A DNA stretch of 64,000 nt from Paraspadella gotoi. Taxonomy: Eukaryota > Animalia > Chaetognatha. Position 1 is the first letter of the stretch; each line of letters starts with the position of its first letter. A program made the position numbers and the translations under genes. The notes beneath the pieces are model-generated. The model was not told the origin of the DNA. It saw only the letters and a list, made by a program, of their open reading frames with translations, and searched no databases. Positions 62,067-64,000 of the stretch are shown here, piece after piece. The stretch spans positions 22,094,815-22,158,814 of the forward strand of contig CM119269.1 of assembly GCA_051294375.1 (NCBI GenBank), written 5' to 3'.

Positions 62067-64000
62067 CTGTGAAAATAGATTTAACGTTTTTCCAAATGTA
62101 AATAATAAAAGTCTTCGCATCAATTCATGTCTCGCAATAACTTTATGTCACTGGCCCCCAACCAAATCGTTATGTTACGACTCACGGTTCTGGCGAATGA
62201 AACGGTGCCGAGTGATGGCGAACGTATTGCGTCGACTGAAAAACTCTAAAAGCGAGTGACGCTAAAAAGTCCCGTGAGGTGAGAAGACCAGCGGCCGGGC
62301 GCAGCATGTAGCCTGTGCGATCTGATAAAAAAATAAGCGTGGCAATGTGTTGGAGTTTGTGAGACATTTGGTTGTGATTTTTAAATTTTTTACTTAAGAA
62401 AAAAAACAACAAAAAACAACCATTTATAGGAAGGTGGTTTTTATGTAATAAATTCCTCGTCCTCACTTACTTAGGCCCAGTTAGACTTACCCGACCTTAG
62501 AGATTTAAATCTATTTTTATACAATATAAAATTTCTAGACAAAAAGAGGCAATAGAAATAAAAAGCTATGCAAGAACTAGCGAAATTAAATCCAAATGCA
62601 TACCTCATAAATTAAATCCAAATGCATACCTCTTTAATAAAATTAAATCCAAATGCATACCTCTTAAATTAAATTAAATCCAAATGCATACCTCTTAAAT
62701 TAAATTAAATCCAAATGCATACCTCTTAAATTAAATCCAAATGCATACCTTTTAAATTAAATTCAAATGCATACCTCTTAAATTAAATTAAATCCAAATG
62801 CATACCTCTTAAAAATTTGTTAGCGTCGTTCAATTGTGGAATTTTATTGCAAGAATAACCACATTCCTTTTCCAACATTTCAACTATTTCGTTGTGATCC
62901 TTGCAAGCGTGGATTTTCCACAATTGCTTCAGTTTCTGGTAAACCTTTTTCCTGAAAGATTTAAGAAACTTAATCAAATCTTTATCTTTTTTCTTTAATT
63001 AACTTTTAACTATCTGTCTTTAAACGGTCATAATGTTAACTGACAATTTGTTTCTACAGTTTCTACTCCCTCGTTTCTTTTTCTTTGATATACAGTTGTG
63101 AAGAGAGTTGGAAAAAAAAATCCAAGCATTCTTTACCAGCAAGCAGTTTCCAATTCGTTGTATTCAACGTGAGGAAGCGGATCTCCGTGCTTGTAACCGA
63201 AAGCAAGCGATGCTATTTCTCTCCTTCTTTCTCGATATTCTTTGTCCGCGAAACCCTGATTTAAAAAGTCAATCAATCAATCAATCAATCAATCGATTTC
63301 CAGCGCAGTTTGTTGTTGTCGTTTTGGTCTTCTTCGCTTTTTTAAACCATTTATTTCATAAATCAGTCAATTTTTTTATTTTTAAATTTAGAGATCTTCT
63401 ACATCTCTCCGTGAATTTTGAAACAACCAAGTAAATATACTAACTTAATACAATACGTATTTAATTCGGAAATATTTAATTAATCTTATAGAAAAGTCTC
63501 GAACAAAATGTTCACTTAACAGTAGCGAAAGATTCCATCTAGTGTCAGAGATGAAGATGAACATTGAACAATTCAATTGAATGAAACTTAAAACGTCTTC
63601 GAGTTAAAAAAATTGTTTGTAGAATTTTAAAATTATAAAACAGACTAAAATTGAATGGATTTCTGTATTTTTTTCAATTGGAAATTGCTTACAGGGGGAT
63701 CATGAAGTGTCTTACAGGGTGATCATAAAGTGGCTTACAGGGTGATCGTAATCCAATTCGGGTTCAAATTTGGTCAGAAGATGATGACAATTGTCAAGAT
63801 CCGAGATGTGAAGTGGAATCCAGACTGAGGTGAAAAAAATTAATTAAATAAGAAAATTAATTAATGGAAAAGATAAATTTCATTTATTTAGAGGTAAATA
63901 ACCTTTTGGATTTTTCTCGATCGCGAATTCTTTCAAGTTCAAACCGTGAAGTTTTTTCCGCAGGCGAGATGTCACTGATAAAAAAAGGTTTAAGAAACAA
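59525..64000 (-). CDS. TH: Tyrosine 3-monooxygenase, 5' end beyond window; last exon choice (stop at 59525 or 59656) uncertain
   Basis: [56 protein letters not shown] (ASLAF/HSPEP favour TH over PAH/TPH), [52 protein letters not shown]. Confidence 0.92.
62583..62812. repeat. 26-31-bp tandem repeat (8 copies) spanning a TH splice donor
   Basis: Unit aaattaaatccaaatgcatacctctt; minus strand AAGAG|GTATGC. Confidence 0.95.
63687..63750. repeat. 23-bp tandem repeat (3 copies) spanning a TH splice donor
   Basis: cttacaggg at 63688, 63711, 63734; minus strand GATCACCCT|GTAAG. Confidence 0.9.

Noticed and set aside
62583-62812. CRISPR-like array
   Set aside because: Head-to-tail repeats without unique spacers in a eukaryotic intron; no cas genes.

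Overview
AT-rich, intron-rich animal (invertebrate-type) genomic DNA; the species cannot be named from the sequence. Spliced genes in order: CFAP161 (-, 3' end off window), LCLAT1 (+), a TRIM-NHL gene of the NHL-1/thin(abba) type (+) with two duplicated RING exons, an AEN/ISG20L-type DEDDh exonuclease (-) carrying an in-frame 30-bp minisatellite, a chimeric gag-like/transposase-like ORF (-), MDH2 (+), GRTP1/TBC1D6 (+), HIP1 (-) with a nested antisense CD225/dispanin gene, a second spliced dispanin gene (+), and tyrosine hydroxylase (-, 5' end off window). Introns and intergenic DNA contain MITEs with telomere-like interiors, foldback elements, DINE-1/Helentron-like repeats and tRNA-headed SINEs. 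The strongest unexplained signal is in HIP1 introns: a near-canonical P5-type twister ribozyme (39558-39638, sense to the HIP1 pre-mRNA) inside a ~260-nt hairpin-rich unit bounded by a direct repeat, plus two different tRNA-headed SINE-like elements that each carry a covarying twister-like core lacking an intact cleavage site. All calls are by eye; no searches or folding programs were run.
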